Positions 52,985-62,559 of a DNA stretch of 64,000 bases are shown in pieces. The translations under genes and the position numbers were made by a program. The notes under the pieces are model-generated. The model was not told where the DNA came from. It saw only the letters and a program-made list of their open reading frames with translations, and did no database searches. The stretch is from Christensenellaceae bacterium (GTDB taxonomy: Bacteria > Bacillota > Clostridia > Christensenellales > Borkfalkiaceae), in contig JAZUAF010000009.1 of assembly GCA_045637865.1 (NCBI GenBank), positions 1,059 to 65,058 on the forward strand, written 5' to 3'. Positions within the stretch are counted from its first letter, which is position 1; the number at the start of each line of letters is the position of its first letter.

Positions 52985-53395
52985 ATGGGGGAGCATAGCG
53001 TGTTTCACATAGATGAGATAATGGACAAAGAAAAAGCGAATAATTTAAGTCCTGTTGTGCTTGCCTTTGTTGGAGATGCAGTATATTCACTGTTCGTTCG
53101 TGAAAGGCTTACCTTTTTTAGCGACCAAAAGACGGGGGAATTAAACAAGCTTGCAGTAAAAGAGGTTAACGCTTCTGCTCAGGCTGAGTTTTATAAGGAA
53201 ATTGAACCATTTTTAACTGAAGAAGAGAAAGCTGTATTTCGCCGTGGCAGAAACGCAAAAAAGAGTACTAAATCAAAAAGTGCATCAGTGACTGACTACA
53301 ATGCTTCCACAGGGTTTGAGGCGCTACTCGGTTATCTATATCTTACAGGCGACAAAGAAAGATTGAATTTTATTTTGAATAAAGGAAAACAATAA
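52985..53395 (+). CDS. mrnC: Mini-ribonuclease III
   Basis: It contains LAFVGDAVYSLFVRE and STGFEALLGYLYL blocks. A later in-frame Met start is possible. Confidence 0.85.
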   Translation: MGEHSVFHIDEIMDKEKANNLSPVVLAFVGDAVYSLFVRERLTFFSDQKTGELNKLAVKEVNASAQAEFYKEIEPFLTEEEKAVFRRGRNAKKSTKSKSASVTDYNASTGFEALLGYLYLTGDKERLNFILNKGKQ

Positions 53396-54111
53396 TGAAA
53401 GTTGAAGGTAGAAATTCTGTATACGAGTTATTAAAAACGGATAAGGAAATTGATAAAGTTTTAGTTCAAAAGGACCTTAAGGACGATGCCAGTAAAAGGC
53501 TAATTAACGTTATGCGCTCGCACAAGGTTAAGGTGCAACTTGTTGATAAATACGTTATAGAAAAGGAGAGCGAAAGCAAAAGAAGTCAAGGCTTTATCGC
53601 ATATACTTCCGATTATAAGTATTTCGACGTGTACGATATTTTGGAGGACGTTAAGGATAAGGACGGCTTCGTAGTGGTGCTTAACGAAATTTTAGACCCA
53701 CATAATCTTGGCAGTATTATTAGAGTTTGTGAATGCGCTGGGGTTGACGGTATTATTATCGGCAAAGATAGAAGTGCCTCTGTTAACGATACGGTTATGA
53801 GAATTTCTGCAGGCGCATTAAACCACGTTAAGGTGGCAAGGGTTACCAACATAAACAATGCGATAGATACTCTAAAGGAAAACGGTTTTTGGGTGTATGG
53901 CGCTGAAGCTAATGGACAGGAAATTTATAAGACTGACTTAAGGGGAAAACTTTGTCTTGTTATCGGCGGAGAGGATAGTGGCGTTAAAAGACTCACGAAA
54001 GAAAAGTGCGACGGTATGATTTCTATACCTATGTACGGAAAGGTGAATTCTCTTAACGCTTCCGTTGCGTGTGGGGTTTGTATTTACGAGGCTGTAAGAC
54101 AAAGAAGATAA
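53395..54111 (+). CDS. rlmB: 23S rRNA (guanosine-2'-O)-methyltransferase RlmB (SpoU/TrmH family)
   Basis: It has a SpoU substrate-binding N domain and SPOUT motifs (LNEILDPHNLGSIIR, LVIGGEDSG, SLNASVACGV). It occupies the yacO position before sigH. Confidence 0.85.
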   Translation: MKVEGRNSVYELLKTDKEIDKVLVQKDLKDDASKRLINVMRSHKVKVQLVDKYVIEKESESKRSQGFIAYTSDYKYFDVYDILEDVKDKDGFVVVLNEILDPHNLGSIIRVCECAGVDGIIIGKDRSASVNDTVMRISAGALNHVKVARVTNINNAIDTLKENGFWVYGAEANGQEIYKTDLRGKLCLVIGGEDSGVKRLTKEKCDGMISIPMYGKVNSLNASVACGVCIYEAVRQRR

Positions 54112-54692
54112 TGAGATATTCTAAATTTACAGACGAGGAGCTTGCTTTCCTTGCCAAGACTGACGAGCTGGCGTTAGAGAAGCTTATGGAAAAATATAAG
54201 CCGATGATTAACGCACAAGCTAGATCTTACTTTTTAAATAATGGAGACGTTGACGATCTTGTTCAAGAGGGAATGATAGGCGTTTTTAAAGCGATAACTT
54301 CCTTTAACGGTAAATCTAGCTTTAAGACGTACGTTTATACTTGTATAAGAAGTAGCATAATAACGGCAGTAAAAAAATCAAACAGGATAAAGCATAAGCC
54401 CTTAAACAACTACATATCCCTCTCGGGTAGTGAGGGTGACGATGCCGATAAAAATTTATTGCTTTCCGATAAAAATTTTGACCCTGAAAAAAATTATATA
54501 GAAATGGAATCGGAAAAAGAATTGAAAAAGGCAATTGAGGAGAGCTTAAGCACCTTTGAGCACGAGATACTTATTTTATACTTGCAAGGATTTTCTTATT
54601 CAGATATAAGTAAAAAGACGGGCAAGAGGGAAAAGTCAATTGATAACGCATTGCAACGCATAAGAAAAAAACTTACTAATTTAAACGGCTAA
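54111..54692 (+). CDS. sigH: RNA polymerase sporulation sigma factor SigH
   Basis: ATG 54111 overlaps the rlmB stop (TAATG). It closely matches SigH blocks (ARSYFL, DLVQEGMIG, KHKPLNNYISL, KSIDNALQRIRKKL). Confidence 0.85.
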   Translation: MRYSKFTDEELAFLAKTDELALEKLMEKYKPMINAQARSYFLNNGDVDDLVQEGMIGVFKAITSFNGKSSFKTYVYTCIRSSIITAVKKSNRIKHKPLNNYISLSGSEGDDADKNLLLSDKNFDPEKNYIEMESEKELKKAIEESLSTFEHEILILYLQGFSYSDISKKTGKREKSIDNALQRIRKKLTNLNG

Positions 54693-54710
54693 AGCCTAAA
54701 AGGAGAAAAT

Positions 54711-56276
54711 ATGGCATATCTTGCACTATATAGAAGATATAGACCGAAAACTTTTGATAAGCTGATTGGACAAGAGCACGTTGTTAAAACGCTCGTAAAC
54801 CAAATAGAAAATCAAAGGCTTGGTCATGCATATCTTTTTACAGGGACAAGGGGCACTGGAAAAACTTCTGCCGCCAAAATATTTGCTAAGGCAATAAACT
54901 GTCTTCACCCTGTAAACGGTTCGCCGTGTGAGGAGTGTGAGGTTTGCAAAAGTCTTTCCGACCCATCAAATATTGACGTTGTAGAGATTGACGCTGCGTC
55001 AAATAACGGTGTAAACGAGATAAGGGAATTAAAGGAAAACGTTCAATATCCACCTGTTTCTTGTAAATATAAGGTGTATATTATAGACGAGGTGCACATG
55101 CTTTCAGGGGCGGCGTTTAACGCACTTCTTAAAACGCTAGAAGAACCCCCAAGGCACGCAGTGTTCATTCTTGCAACGACAGAAGTGCATAAGATACCTG
55201 CAACTATATTGTCTAGATGTATGCGCTTTGATTTTAGGTTGATTCCAATAGAGCGTATCGCTTCTCTTATTGCTGAAATTTTTGATGAGCAGGGAAAACC
55301 TTACGACAAAGAAGCTATAATGGCTATTGCTAAAGCTGGCGAGGGAAGTATAAGAGACGCACTTTCTATTGCGGACATAGCAATATCTTATGAAACGGGA
55401 AAGCTTACCTATTCTGACGTTATGAACGTTTTAGGCTCCTCGGGGCTAGAAACGGTAATGGAATTTATTTCCAGCATACTTGGTGGAAATACCGGAAAGA
55501 TTTTAGACCTTATTGGTAACCTTTGTGAGCAGGGAAAAAGCGTTGGCGTTTTGATAAAGGATATTACCTCCTTGTTAAGGGATATATTAATAATCAAAAC
55601 TTGTAAGGATGCAAGGCAAATGTTGGCGTTGCCCAGCGAGAAATACGATTCTCTAGCTCACATAGGCGAGCTTGCAAGTGAAGAAAAAATTCTAAGAGCT
55701 TTGGAGATATTTTCTAGTTCTGAAAACTCGCTTAAATATTCCAATCATCCAAGAATAGTATTCGAAACAGCATCAATTAGGGCTTCAAGACCGGAAACGG
55801 ATTATAATATCGAAGCACTTTTAGCAAGAGTAAAAGAGCTTGAAGAAAAGCTTGCTAAGGGTAAATTTTCCGTTAAAAGTCAAGTAGCTGCACCTGAGCA
55901 AGAGAAAAAAACTATTCAAGAGGAAAGTAGCAAAGAAAAGCTAACTATTTTAGAACTTGGGGCTGAAAAAATCAAGGCGAGGGTGTTAACTGCCTTAAGA
56001 AAAAACGGTAGCGAATTGCTATGGAATATAATGCAATCTGTTAAGGTGGAAGTTGAAGGGAATATTTTAACGCTAACACCTTCAAATTCAACCGACGGAG
56101 AGTTTTTACAGAAGGGTGATAACGAAACTAAAATAAAAAATGCAATATCTGAATGCTTGCCGTTTGACGTTAAGGTGGCTGAGTACAAAAAAGAAAAGCT
56201 ACTTTCGGCAGTGGATGATGCAACGGAAAAAATAAAAAAGATTTTCGGTGACGATATTGTAATTGTAAAACAGTAA
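54711..56276 (+). CDS. dnaX: DNA polymerase III subunit gamma/tau
   Basis: It has the AAA+ clamp-loader motifs GTRGTGKTS, DEVHML and SRC, plus a zinc module CxxC...CxxC (CLHPVNGSPCEECEVC). Confidence 0.95.
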   Translation: MAYLALYRRYRPKTFDKLIGQEHVVKTLVNQIENQRLGHAYLFTGTRGTGKTSAAKIFAKAINCLHPVNGSPCEECEVCKSLSDPSNIDVVEIDAASNNGVNEIRELKENVQYPPVSCKYKVYIIDEVHMLSGAAFNALLKTLEEPPRHAVFILATTEVHKIPATILSRCMRFDFRLIPIERIASLIAEIFDEQGKPYDKEAIMAIAKAGEGSIRDALSIADIAISYETGKLTYSDVMNVLGSSGLETVMEFISSILGGNTGKILDLIGNLCEQGKSVGVLIKDITSLLRDILIIKTCKDARQMLALPSEKYDSLAHIGELASEEKILRALEIFSSSENSLKYSNHPRIVFETASIRASRPETDYNIEALLARVKELEEKLAKGKFSVKSQVAAPEQEKKTIQEESSKEKLTILELGAEKIKARVLTALRKNGSELLWNIMQSVKVEVEGNILTLTPSNSTDGEFLQKGDNETKIKNAISECLPFDVKVAEYKKEKLLSAVDDATEKIKKIFGDDIVIVKQ

Positions 56277-56294
56277 AACATAAAGGAGATTATT

Positions 56295-56642
56295 ATGGCA
56301 GGATATAGAGGTGGTTACGGTGGCTTCGGTGGTGGAGGTTTCGGTGGAAACCAAATGCAAAGCTTAATGAAGCAAGCACAAAGAATGCAAGAGGAAATGC
56401 AAAAAGCACAAGCAGAGCTTGAGGAAACTGAAATTGAAGGTAGTGCTGCTGGTGGGCTCGTTAAGGTTACTATGACGGCTAAAAAGGTTGTTACGGGTGT
56501 GCAAATTTCAGAAGATGCAGTCGACATGGACGATTTAACTATGCTTGAGGATTTGATTGTTGCTGCTCTAAACGATGGTTATGCTAAGGCTGATAAAATT
56601 TATAACGAGAAAATGGGTGCGTTCGGAGGCTTAGGTCTTTAA
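56295..56642 (+). CDS. ybaB: Nucleoid-associated protein YbaB/EbfC
   Basis: 115 aa with a Gly-rich N-terminus and the conserved MQSLMKQAQRMQEEMQKAQ helix. It sits between dnaX and recR. Confidence 0.9.
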   Translation: MAGYRGGYGGFGGGGFGGNQMQSLMKQAQRMQEEMQKAQAELEETEIEGSAAGGLVKVTMTAKKVVTGVQISEDAVDMDDLTMLEDLIVAALNDGYAKADKIYNEKMGAFGGLGL

Positions 56643-56645
56643 GCT

Positions 56646-57239
56646 ATGAAGGTATATATTGAACCTATTGGCAGGCTTATAAACGAATTCAGTAAGCTTC
56701 CCGGAGTCGGCGCAAAGACTGCACAACGCTTTGCTTATAAAATTATCAATATGCCTTTGAACGAGGCAGAAGAATTTGCAGAGGCAATATTGAACGCAAA
56801 GCGAAATGTTAGATATTGTTCCGTTTGTGGTAATTTTTCTGAGAACGACGTTTGCGATATTTGTAAAAACCGTCCAAAGGAATATATTTGTGTAGTAAAA
56901 GAGCCAAAGGACGTTATTGCCATAGAAAAGCTCAATGAATTCAACGGTGTCTACCACGTTCTTCACGGAACGATTTCGCCACTAGACGGCATAGGGCCAA
57001 ACGATATTAATATCAAAGGGCTTCTTTCAAGAATTGCCGATGGTGGAGTTAATGAAGTTATTATGGCTACTAATCCTGACGTTGAGGGTGAAGCCACTGC
57101 AATGTATATAACTAACCTTATTAAACCTTTGGGTATTAAGGTAACGCGTCTTGCGCACGGTATTCCTATCGGCACAGAGCTTGAATATGCAGACGAGGTG
57201 AGCCTTGCAAGAGCGTTTGTAGATAGGAAAACTTTATAA
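56646..57239 (+). CDS. recR: Recombination protein RecR
   Basis: It has an HhH (LPGVGAKTAQR), a C4 zinc finger (CSVCGN...CDIC) and a Toprim domain. Confidence 0.95.
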   Translation: MKVYIEPIGRLINEFSKLPGVGAKTAQRFAYKIINMPLNEAEEFAEAILNAKRNVRYCSVCGNFSENDVCDICKNRPKEYICVVKEPKDVIAIEKLNEFNGVYHVLHGTISPLDGIGPNDINIKGLLSRIADGGVNEVIMATNPDVEGEATAMYITNLIKPLGIKVTRLAHGIPIGTELEYADEVSLARAFVDRKTL

Positions 57240-57253
57240 GGTACAGTAGATTT

Positions 57254-58030
57254 ATGAAAATTTATTTTTTAGGAACCTGCTCTGGCACGGAACCGATGCC
57301 AGGCTTAAATCACACTTCTATCGCCTTAGAATGTTGTGATAAGCTTTACTTTTTTGATGCAGGTGAGGGCTGTTCGAGAACGGCTCATCTTATGGGGCTT
57401 GACCTACTTAAGGTGAAGAAAATTGTTATTTCTCACCCACATATGGACCACGTTGGGGGGATTGGCAACCTACTTTGGACGATAAGAAAATTAAGTGGTG
57501 TAAAAAAAAGAAAGCCTGAATATGGTGATATAGAAGTTTATATTCCAGTGATTAGCACCTTTGATAGCGTTTTAGGTATTTTAAAAAATGCCGAGGGTGG
57601 ATATTTAAACGATTACCAAACACTTTCTTATCAGGTTAAAGACGGCTTGCTTTTTGACGACGGAAAGGTTAAAGTTACTGCGTTTCATAATAATCACCTA
57701 AAGCCTAATGAGGTGACGAGAGATTATAGGTCCTTTTCCTACCGTATAGAGGCAGAGGGGAAGAATATCGTTTACTCAGGTGACGTTATGGGGCTTTCTG
57801 ATTTAGATGAGCTTCTAGACGGTTACGTGGACCTACTCTTTATCGAAACGGGGCACCATAAGGTTGACGGTGTTTATGAATACCTTAAGGACAAAAATAT
57901 AGGTAAAATTTATTTTATGCATCACGGCAGAGAAATTATAAATAACTTTGAGCAGGCAAAGGAAAAGGTTGCCTCCCTTTTTAATGGCAAGGCAGTCGTT
58001 TCTTGCGACGGGATGATGATAGATTTATAG
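57254..58030 (+). CDS. MBL-fold metallo-hydrolase
   Basis: It has the HxHxDH motif (SHPHMDHVGG) and later His/Asp ligands (TGHH, MHHG). 258 aa. Confidence 0.75.
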   Translation: MKIYFLGTCSGTEPMPGLNHTSIALECCDKLYFFDAGEGCSRTAHLMGLDLLKVKKIVISHPHMDHVGGIGNLLWTIRKLSGVKKRKPEYGDIEVYIPVISTFDSVLGILKNAEGGYLNDYQTLSYQVKDGLLFDDGKVKVTAFHNNHLKPNEVTRDYRSFSYRIEAEGKNIVYSGDVMGLSDLDELLDGYVDLLFIETGHHKVDGVYEYLKDKNIGKIYFMHHGREIINNFEQAKEKVASLFNGKAVVSCDGMMIDL

Positions 58031-58037
58031 GTGCATT

Positions 58038-59516
58038 GTGAAGATTGGTTTTTTATGTGATTCGCATGTTGGTGGAGGAGAAAAATCTCCACAGTACGCT
58101 TACCTTTGTAAAGCTGTAGAGCAAATGAAAAAGGACGGGATAGACACCGTCGTTTGTTTAGGAGATATTACGGCTTTTGGAGAAAGCGCAGTATTCGATA
58201 GGTGCGTATCTCTTCTAGGTAAGTTTAATAACGCGTTTGTTCTCTTGGGCAATGCAGACGTGAGAAAAAAAGAGGACAAAGATATTATCCTTTCTAAAGC
58301 AAAGGAGGTTTTCTTCCGCGAGGGAAAAAAGAATTTCTTAGGCTTGCACCTCATTGCGGGGAGAATTAAGGAAGAAGATTTTGCTAAAATAGAAAATCTT
58401 TGTTCTGGCGACGTTTTGATGATGCATTATGGTGTTCACTCCTTAATTGTCGAGCATAGAGAAAGATTAGAAGAAATATTAAAAGGAAAAAAACTTAATG
58501 TTATCCACGCACATTCTCATAAGAGATTTGACTATTATATAGGTGAGAGTAGGGTGTTTGGACTTAGGGCACTTGACCCCGACAAATCGATTGGAGATTA
58601 TCCTTGTATTACCTATTTCGATACGGAAACTGAGGAGTATACGGAAAAGGTGTTTGCAGAAAATAAAAAACTACTTGAAGAAATTGCCTCTCATTTCGGT
58701 ATTTCATGTGCAGATAATATAAGGGAGTTGCACTGTGCAATAGATAATAAAATTAGCGCAGTTGAACTTCGTATGAGTACAATTAAAGAGGATGAGGCTG
58801 AAATTTATTCGCTAATCAACGAGTGGAGAGATGAAACCCAGGGTTATCTTTCTGCACACATGCCAAATATAAAATACGACGGTGAAGAAGTCGCCGGCAT
58901 AGAAGATTGGCTTATCGCAATAGAAAGGTCGCTTAAATACCGTGTAGATGGGATAACGGTTCATCCTCCTAGAATTAAAAAAAGCATTCTATATTCTAAT
59001 AACGAGCTTTTAGAACAGCTTATAGACTTGTACGCTACTTCTTTTGCACGGTTTGAGGGAAGCGTAAAGATAGGCATAGAAAACGTTCACAAAACAAAAG
59101 CAGAAGCTGAGGCAGGTCTACCTAACGAAGAGCTCGGTTTTGGCTACACGCCGGACGACGTGTTGTTTTTCGTAAATAAGCTTAACGAAAAACTTGGAAA
59201 AAATAGAGTGGGCGTAGTTCTAGACGTTGGACATACTAAAAACAACGGCTCACTCAGCTCAATCTATACCGTTGGGAGTTGGTACGAAATGGTGGGTGAT
59301 AAAACGGTTGCATATCACATTCACCAAGTATTATCCACCGAGAATGGTATGAAAAACCACAACGCTATTGAAAACTGGTTTGGTCCACTCATTTCTTATT
59401 CGTCATTTTTCTATTCGTGGGATAAAGGCATAATAAATAGAGCACCGGTATTTTTAGAGGTTAGAGGAAGTGAAAATTACCTAAAGAGCGTAAATGCTTT
59501 TAATGAGCTTCTTTAG
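58038..59516 (+). CDS. Fusion of a metallophosphoesterase domain with a xylose-isomerase-like TIM-barrel (sugar phosphate isomerase/epimerase) domain
   Basis: GTG start. The N-terminal ~200 aa carry CDSHVG, LGDITA, LGNAD and HAHSH. The C-terminal ~290 aa carry VELRMS, GITVHPP, IGIENVH, LDVGH and YHIHQV, typical of AP-endonuclease-2/XylA-like barrels. Confidence 0.65.
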   Translation: MKIGFLCDSHVGGGEKSPQYAYLCKAVEQMKKDGIDTVVCLGDITAFGESAVFDRCVSLLGKFNNAFVLLGNADVRKKEDKDIILSKAKEVFFREGKKNFLGLHLIAGRIKEEDFAKIENLCSGDVLMMHYGVHSLIVEHRERLEEILKGKKLNVIHAHSHKRFDYYIGESRVFGLRALDPDKSIGDYPCITYFDTETEEYTEKVFAENKKLLEEIASHFGISCADNIRELHCAIDNKISAVELRMSTIKEDEAEIYSLINEWRDETQGYLSAHMPNIKYDGEEVAGIEDWLIAIERSLKYRVDGITVHPPRIKKSILYSNNELLEQLIDLYATSFARFEGSVKIGIENVHKTKAEAEAGLPNEELGFGYTPDDVLFFVNKLNEKLGKNRVGVVLDVGHTKNNGSLSSIYTVGSWYEMVGDKTVAYHIHQVLSTENGMKNHNAIENWFGPLISYSSFFYSWDKGIINRAPVFLEVRGSENYLKSVNAFNELL

Positions 59517-59542
59517 ATTGTAGAATAATCTGGTTAAATTGA

Positions 59543-59571
59543 TTGCAATTTTTAAGTTTTTGTGCTATTAT
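59543..59571 (+). promoter_or_regulatory. Extended -10 sigma-A promoter of the proS T-box leader
   Basis: TTGCAA (59543-59548), 17-nt spacer ending TGc, TATTAT (59566-59571). Confidence 0.65.
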
Positions 59572-59577
59572 GAGTAA

Positions 59578-59858
59578 AACTGAATATAAATGCTATGAAG
59601 GGAAATAGTAGATTATTTAAAGTGCTTAGAGAAAAGGTGGTTGGTGAAAACCTTAGATGAAAAGTAGTTGAACCCATCCTGGAGCAGTGCGCAGAAAAGA
59701 CTTCAAAAGTTTTAGTAAGCGTCAACGGGTTTCTCCCGTAACAGAGAAACGGCATTTCAGTGTCGAACGAGAGCGGATATTTTTATCCGAATTTAGGTGG
59801 TAACACGGACTTAATGTTCGCCCTAAGCTTGCTAGGAAAGCAGTTTAGGGCTTTTTAT
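59578..59858 (+). promoter_or_regulatory. T-box riboswitch leader (proline-specific by context) with terminator
   Basis: It has stem I elements (AGAGA 59628-59632, distal loop UGGUGAAAA, AGUA 59663-59666) and a Pro codon in GAACCCAUC (59670-59678). The T-box core is AATTTAGGTGGTAACACGG (59790-59808). The terminator is GCCCTAA (59820-59826) / TTAGGGC (59845-59851) plus T5. proS lies downstream. Confidence 0.85.
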
Positions 59859-59882
59859 ATTTAAAACAGGTGGAGGTGTTTT

Positions 59883-61580
59883 ATGAAATTAGACAAATTA
59901 GTTGGAGAAAGGTTTAAGGAAAAACCATCTGATTGCGTGGTGGAAAGTCACGCGCTAATGGTGCGTGGTGGTTATATGAAATACGTTGCTAACGGTATTT
60001 ATTCTTCCTATACGCCGTTAAAGAGAGTTACGCGTAAGATTGAACAGATTTTAAGAGAGGAGATGGATGCAATCGACGGACAGGAAGTGCAATTCCCGGT
60101 GGTTATGCCTGCAAGCTTATGGCAAGAATCGGGGAGATATGAAAGCATCGGCAAGGAATTAGTGCGTTTCGGCGATAGAAACGATTCGCCCCTTGTTTTA
60201 GGTATGACGCACGAAGAGGCTGCCGTTCAGCTTGTTCGCGAATACGGTCAGACCTATAATAAATATCCTTTTATGATTTATCAAATTCAAACTAAATTCC
60301 GTGACGAGGCTAGACCTAAGTCTGGGTTAATTCGAGTTAGAGAATTTACTATGAAGGACGCATACTCCTTCCATACAAGTCAAGAAGATTTAGAGCAGTA
60401 TTACGATAAATGCCATAAAGCTTACGAGCGTATTTTTGCTAGGGCAGGTATACCTGAGGTAATTTCCGTTGCGTCGGATTCAGGCATGATGGGTGGTAAC
60501 ATTTCTCACGAATTTATGCTTTTAACTGGCATTGGTGAAGATTCTATTGCAATTTGTTCGGAGTGTGGATATAAAGCTAACCTCGAGGCTGCTGAAAACA
60601 TTGTAGACAATGGCGAAAACGCCCCCTCTAAAGAACTTAAAAAAGTTTATACCCCCGAAAAGCACACTATTGAAGAGGTTTGTAACTATTTAAATAGCGA
60701 CGCAAAAAGGTCTGCTAAAGCTGTTGTTTATCAGCGCAATTCGGACGATAAATACGTTGTACTATTCTTGCGTGGCGATTTAGAAGTTAACGAAACCAAA
60801 CTTACTAACTTTTTAGGTTTTGAAATTCATCCTGCAGTAATTACCGAAGATTGTGGCTTGAATGCAGGCTTTATCGGTCCCGTAGGTCTTAAGGGCGACT
60901 TTATCGTGCTTTATGATAATTCGTTAAAGGGCTTAAACAACGTTGTGTGTGGAGCAAACGAGGTGGATTATCACTATTCTGGGCTCAATATGGACAGGGA
61001 TTTAAGCGATATAGAGTATCACGATTTTGCTAAGATTCAAGAGGGTGGAATTTGCCCCATTTGTGGCAAAAAAGCAATAACGATTTCTAGAGGAATTGAA
61101 GTCGGCAACATATTCCAGCTTGGCACAAAGTATACTAAGTCTATGGAAATGACCTACATTGACAGCAACGGAAAGGCGCAATATCCTATTATGGGCTGTT
61201 ACGGAATTGGCGTTGGGCGTCTTGCCGCTGCTATTTGCGAAGTTCATCACGATGATTATGGTCCAATTTGGCCTAAGGCTATTGCACCTTATCAGGTGCA
61301 TCTATGTGCTGTTCGCCCCGACAACGAGGAGGTTAAGGCTTTTGCAGATAAGCTATATGAAGAATTACAAAAGAGAAACGTTGAGGTTATTTATGACGAT
61401 AGAAACGTTAGTGCCGGCATTATGTTCTCCGACGCTGACCTCTTAGGTGTTCCACTAAGGGTTATTGTCAGCCCTAGAAACGTTAAACAAGGCACTACAG
61501 AAATAGTTGCAAGGGATAAGAGTTTTTCTGTTAACGTTCCTATGGACGAAACTTTAGATGAAATTCTTAAGCGCTTATAA
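59883..61580 (+). CDS. proS: Proline--tRNA ligase (bacterial type with INS editing domain)
   Basis: 565 aa with class II motifs (FRDEARPKSGLIRVREF, GCYGIGVGRL), a central insertion domain and a C-terminal anticodon-binding domain. Confidence 0.95.
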   Translation: MKLDKLVGERFKEKPSDCVVESHALMVRGGYMKYVANGIYSSYTPLKRVTRKIEQILREEMDAIDGQEVQFPVVMPASLWQESGRYESIGKELVRFGDRNDSPLVLGMTHEEAAVQLVREYGQTYNKYPFMIYQIQTKFRDEARPKSGLIRVREFTMKDAYSFHTSQEDLEQYYDKCHKAYERIFARAGIPEVISVASDSGMMGGNISHEFMLLTGIGEDSIAICSECGYKANLEAAENIVDNGENAPSKELKKVYTPEKHTIEEVCNYLNSDAKRSAKAVVYQRNSDDKYVVLFLRGDLEVNETKLTNFLGFEIHPAVITEDCGLNAGFIGPVGLKGDFIVLYDNSLKGLNNVVCGANEVDYHYSGLNMDRDLSDIEYHDFAKIQEGGICPICGKKAITISRGIEVGNIFQLGTKYTKSMEMTYIDSNGKAQYPIMGCYGIGVGRLAAAICEVHHDDYGPIWPKAIAPYQVHLCAVRPDNEEVKAFADKLYEELQKRNVEVIYDDRNVSAGIMFSDADLLGVPLRVIVSPRNVKQGTTEIVARDKSFSVNVPMDETLDEILKRL

Positions 61581-61594
61581 TATCAAAACAAAAT

Positions 61595-61633
61595 AAAAAA
61601 CCCGAAGTTTACATATTAAACTTCGGGTTTTTA
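61595..61633. terminator. Bidirectional intrinsic terminator between proS and the WYL regulator gene
   Basis: CCCGAAGTTT (61601-61610) / AAACTTCGGG (61618-61627), flanked by A6 and T5. Confidence 0.85.
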
Positions 61634-61638
61634 ATATC

Positions 61639-62559
61639 TTAATAATTTTTAAGAAGCTCCTCTGCAGAAGATTTTATTTCGTCAATCAGTTTTTGAGGCG
61701 ATAAAACGGTTATTTTCTTGCCAAAGCTCATTAGCTTTGAAACTAGCCCCATATCATAGGGAAGCTTTACGTAGGCAACAAATTTACCTTTCTCGCTAAA
61801 AACGTTTTCTACGCCAAGCCACTCCTCAACGTCGGACAAAACCGATTTGTCAATCAAAAGCTTAATTTCCTCACAAGGAACACTATCGTGCCAATTTAGA
61901 GGCAAATCGTTACCGTCGATATCGCGTCGCTTAAAATTTGTAGTTAGTAGGTTTGCCTTTTCAATTCTTCCCGTTTTAAAGAATCTAAACGCCTCCCTTT
62001 CTCTGCAATATGCGTAAACGTACCAGAGCCCTTGTTTGAACACTATAACGTGTGGCTCTATAGTCCTTTCCGATATGGTGCCGTTTCTGTCGTGATAGGT
62101 GATAGCCAGTGGTAAACTCTCATCAATACTTTTTTGGATAAGGGATAGTTTGGCTTTGTAGCCCACGGCGTCACCCCAAGGACCTGCGTCGATAATAAGG
62201 TTGCCACCTTTAACGTCAAAGCCACTATATTCGTATTTAACGGATGCTTTAAGCTTGGTGATTACGCCCTCAAGTATTTTATCGTTTATGCCTTCTTTTA
62301 GTCCTGTAAGGGCGTTTATTGCTCTCTCAAACTCTTCTTTTGTTAAAAAAGTAGAGGAAAGCCTATAGGTATCAATTAGTGAAAAGCCACCACCCTTACC
62401 TTGAACACTATACAAGGGAACTCCAGCCGATTCTAATGCTGAAATATAGCGATAAATACTTCTTGTGCTAACCTCGTATTTTTCAGCTAGATATCTTGCA
62501 GACACAGTCTTTCTAGATAAAAGTTCGAATAAAATTGAAAGCATTATTTCAAATTTCAT
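61639..62559 (-). CDS. YafY-type HTH + WYL domain transcriptional regulator
   Basis: It has an N-terminal wHTH (SARYLAEKYEVSTRSIYRYISALESAGVPL), a central WYL-like block (GLWYVYAYCRERE.FRFFKTGRI) and a C-terminal WCX-like domain. An AAGGAGA RBS is present. Confidence 0.8.
   Translation of the reverse strand: MKFEIMLSILFELLSRKTVSARYLAEKYEVSTRSIYRYISALESAGVPLYSVQGKGGGFSLIDTYRLSSTFLTKEEFERAINALTGLKEGINDKILEGVITKLKASVKYEYSGFDVKGGNLIIDAGPWGDAVGYKAKLSLIQKSIDESLPLAITYHDRNGTISERTIEPHVIVFKQGLWYVYAYCREREAFRFFKTGRIEKANLLTTNFKRRDIDGNDLPLNWHDSVPCEEIKLLIDKSVLSDVEEWLGVENVFSEKGKFVAYVKLPYDMGLVSKLMSFGKKITVLSPQKLIDEIKSSAEELLKNY

Noticed and set aside
56187-56193. An AAAAAAG heptamer in dnaX as a possible gamma-subunit -1 frameshift site like that of E. 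coli.
   Set aside because: The zero-frame codons are TAC AAA AAA GAA, so the heptamer is not in the A AAA AAG register. It lies only about 28 codons before the natural stop, so it could not yield a distinct gamma product.
59552-59755. 67-aa minus-strand ORF upstream of proS.
   Set aside because: It lies entirely antisense to a well-supported T-box leader and has no RBS.
61639-62559. The WYL regulator as a marker of an adjacent phage-defence island.
   Set aside because: Its neighbours are proS, a 64-aa ORF and murG. No nuclease, helicase, methyltransferase or Cas-like genes are present.
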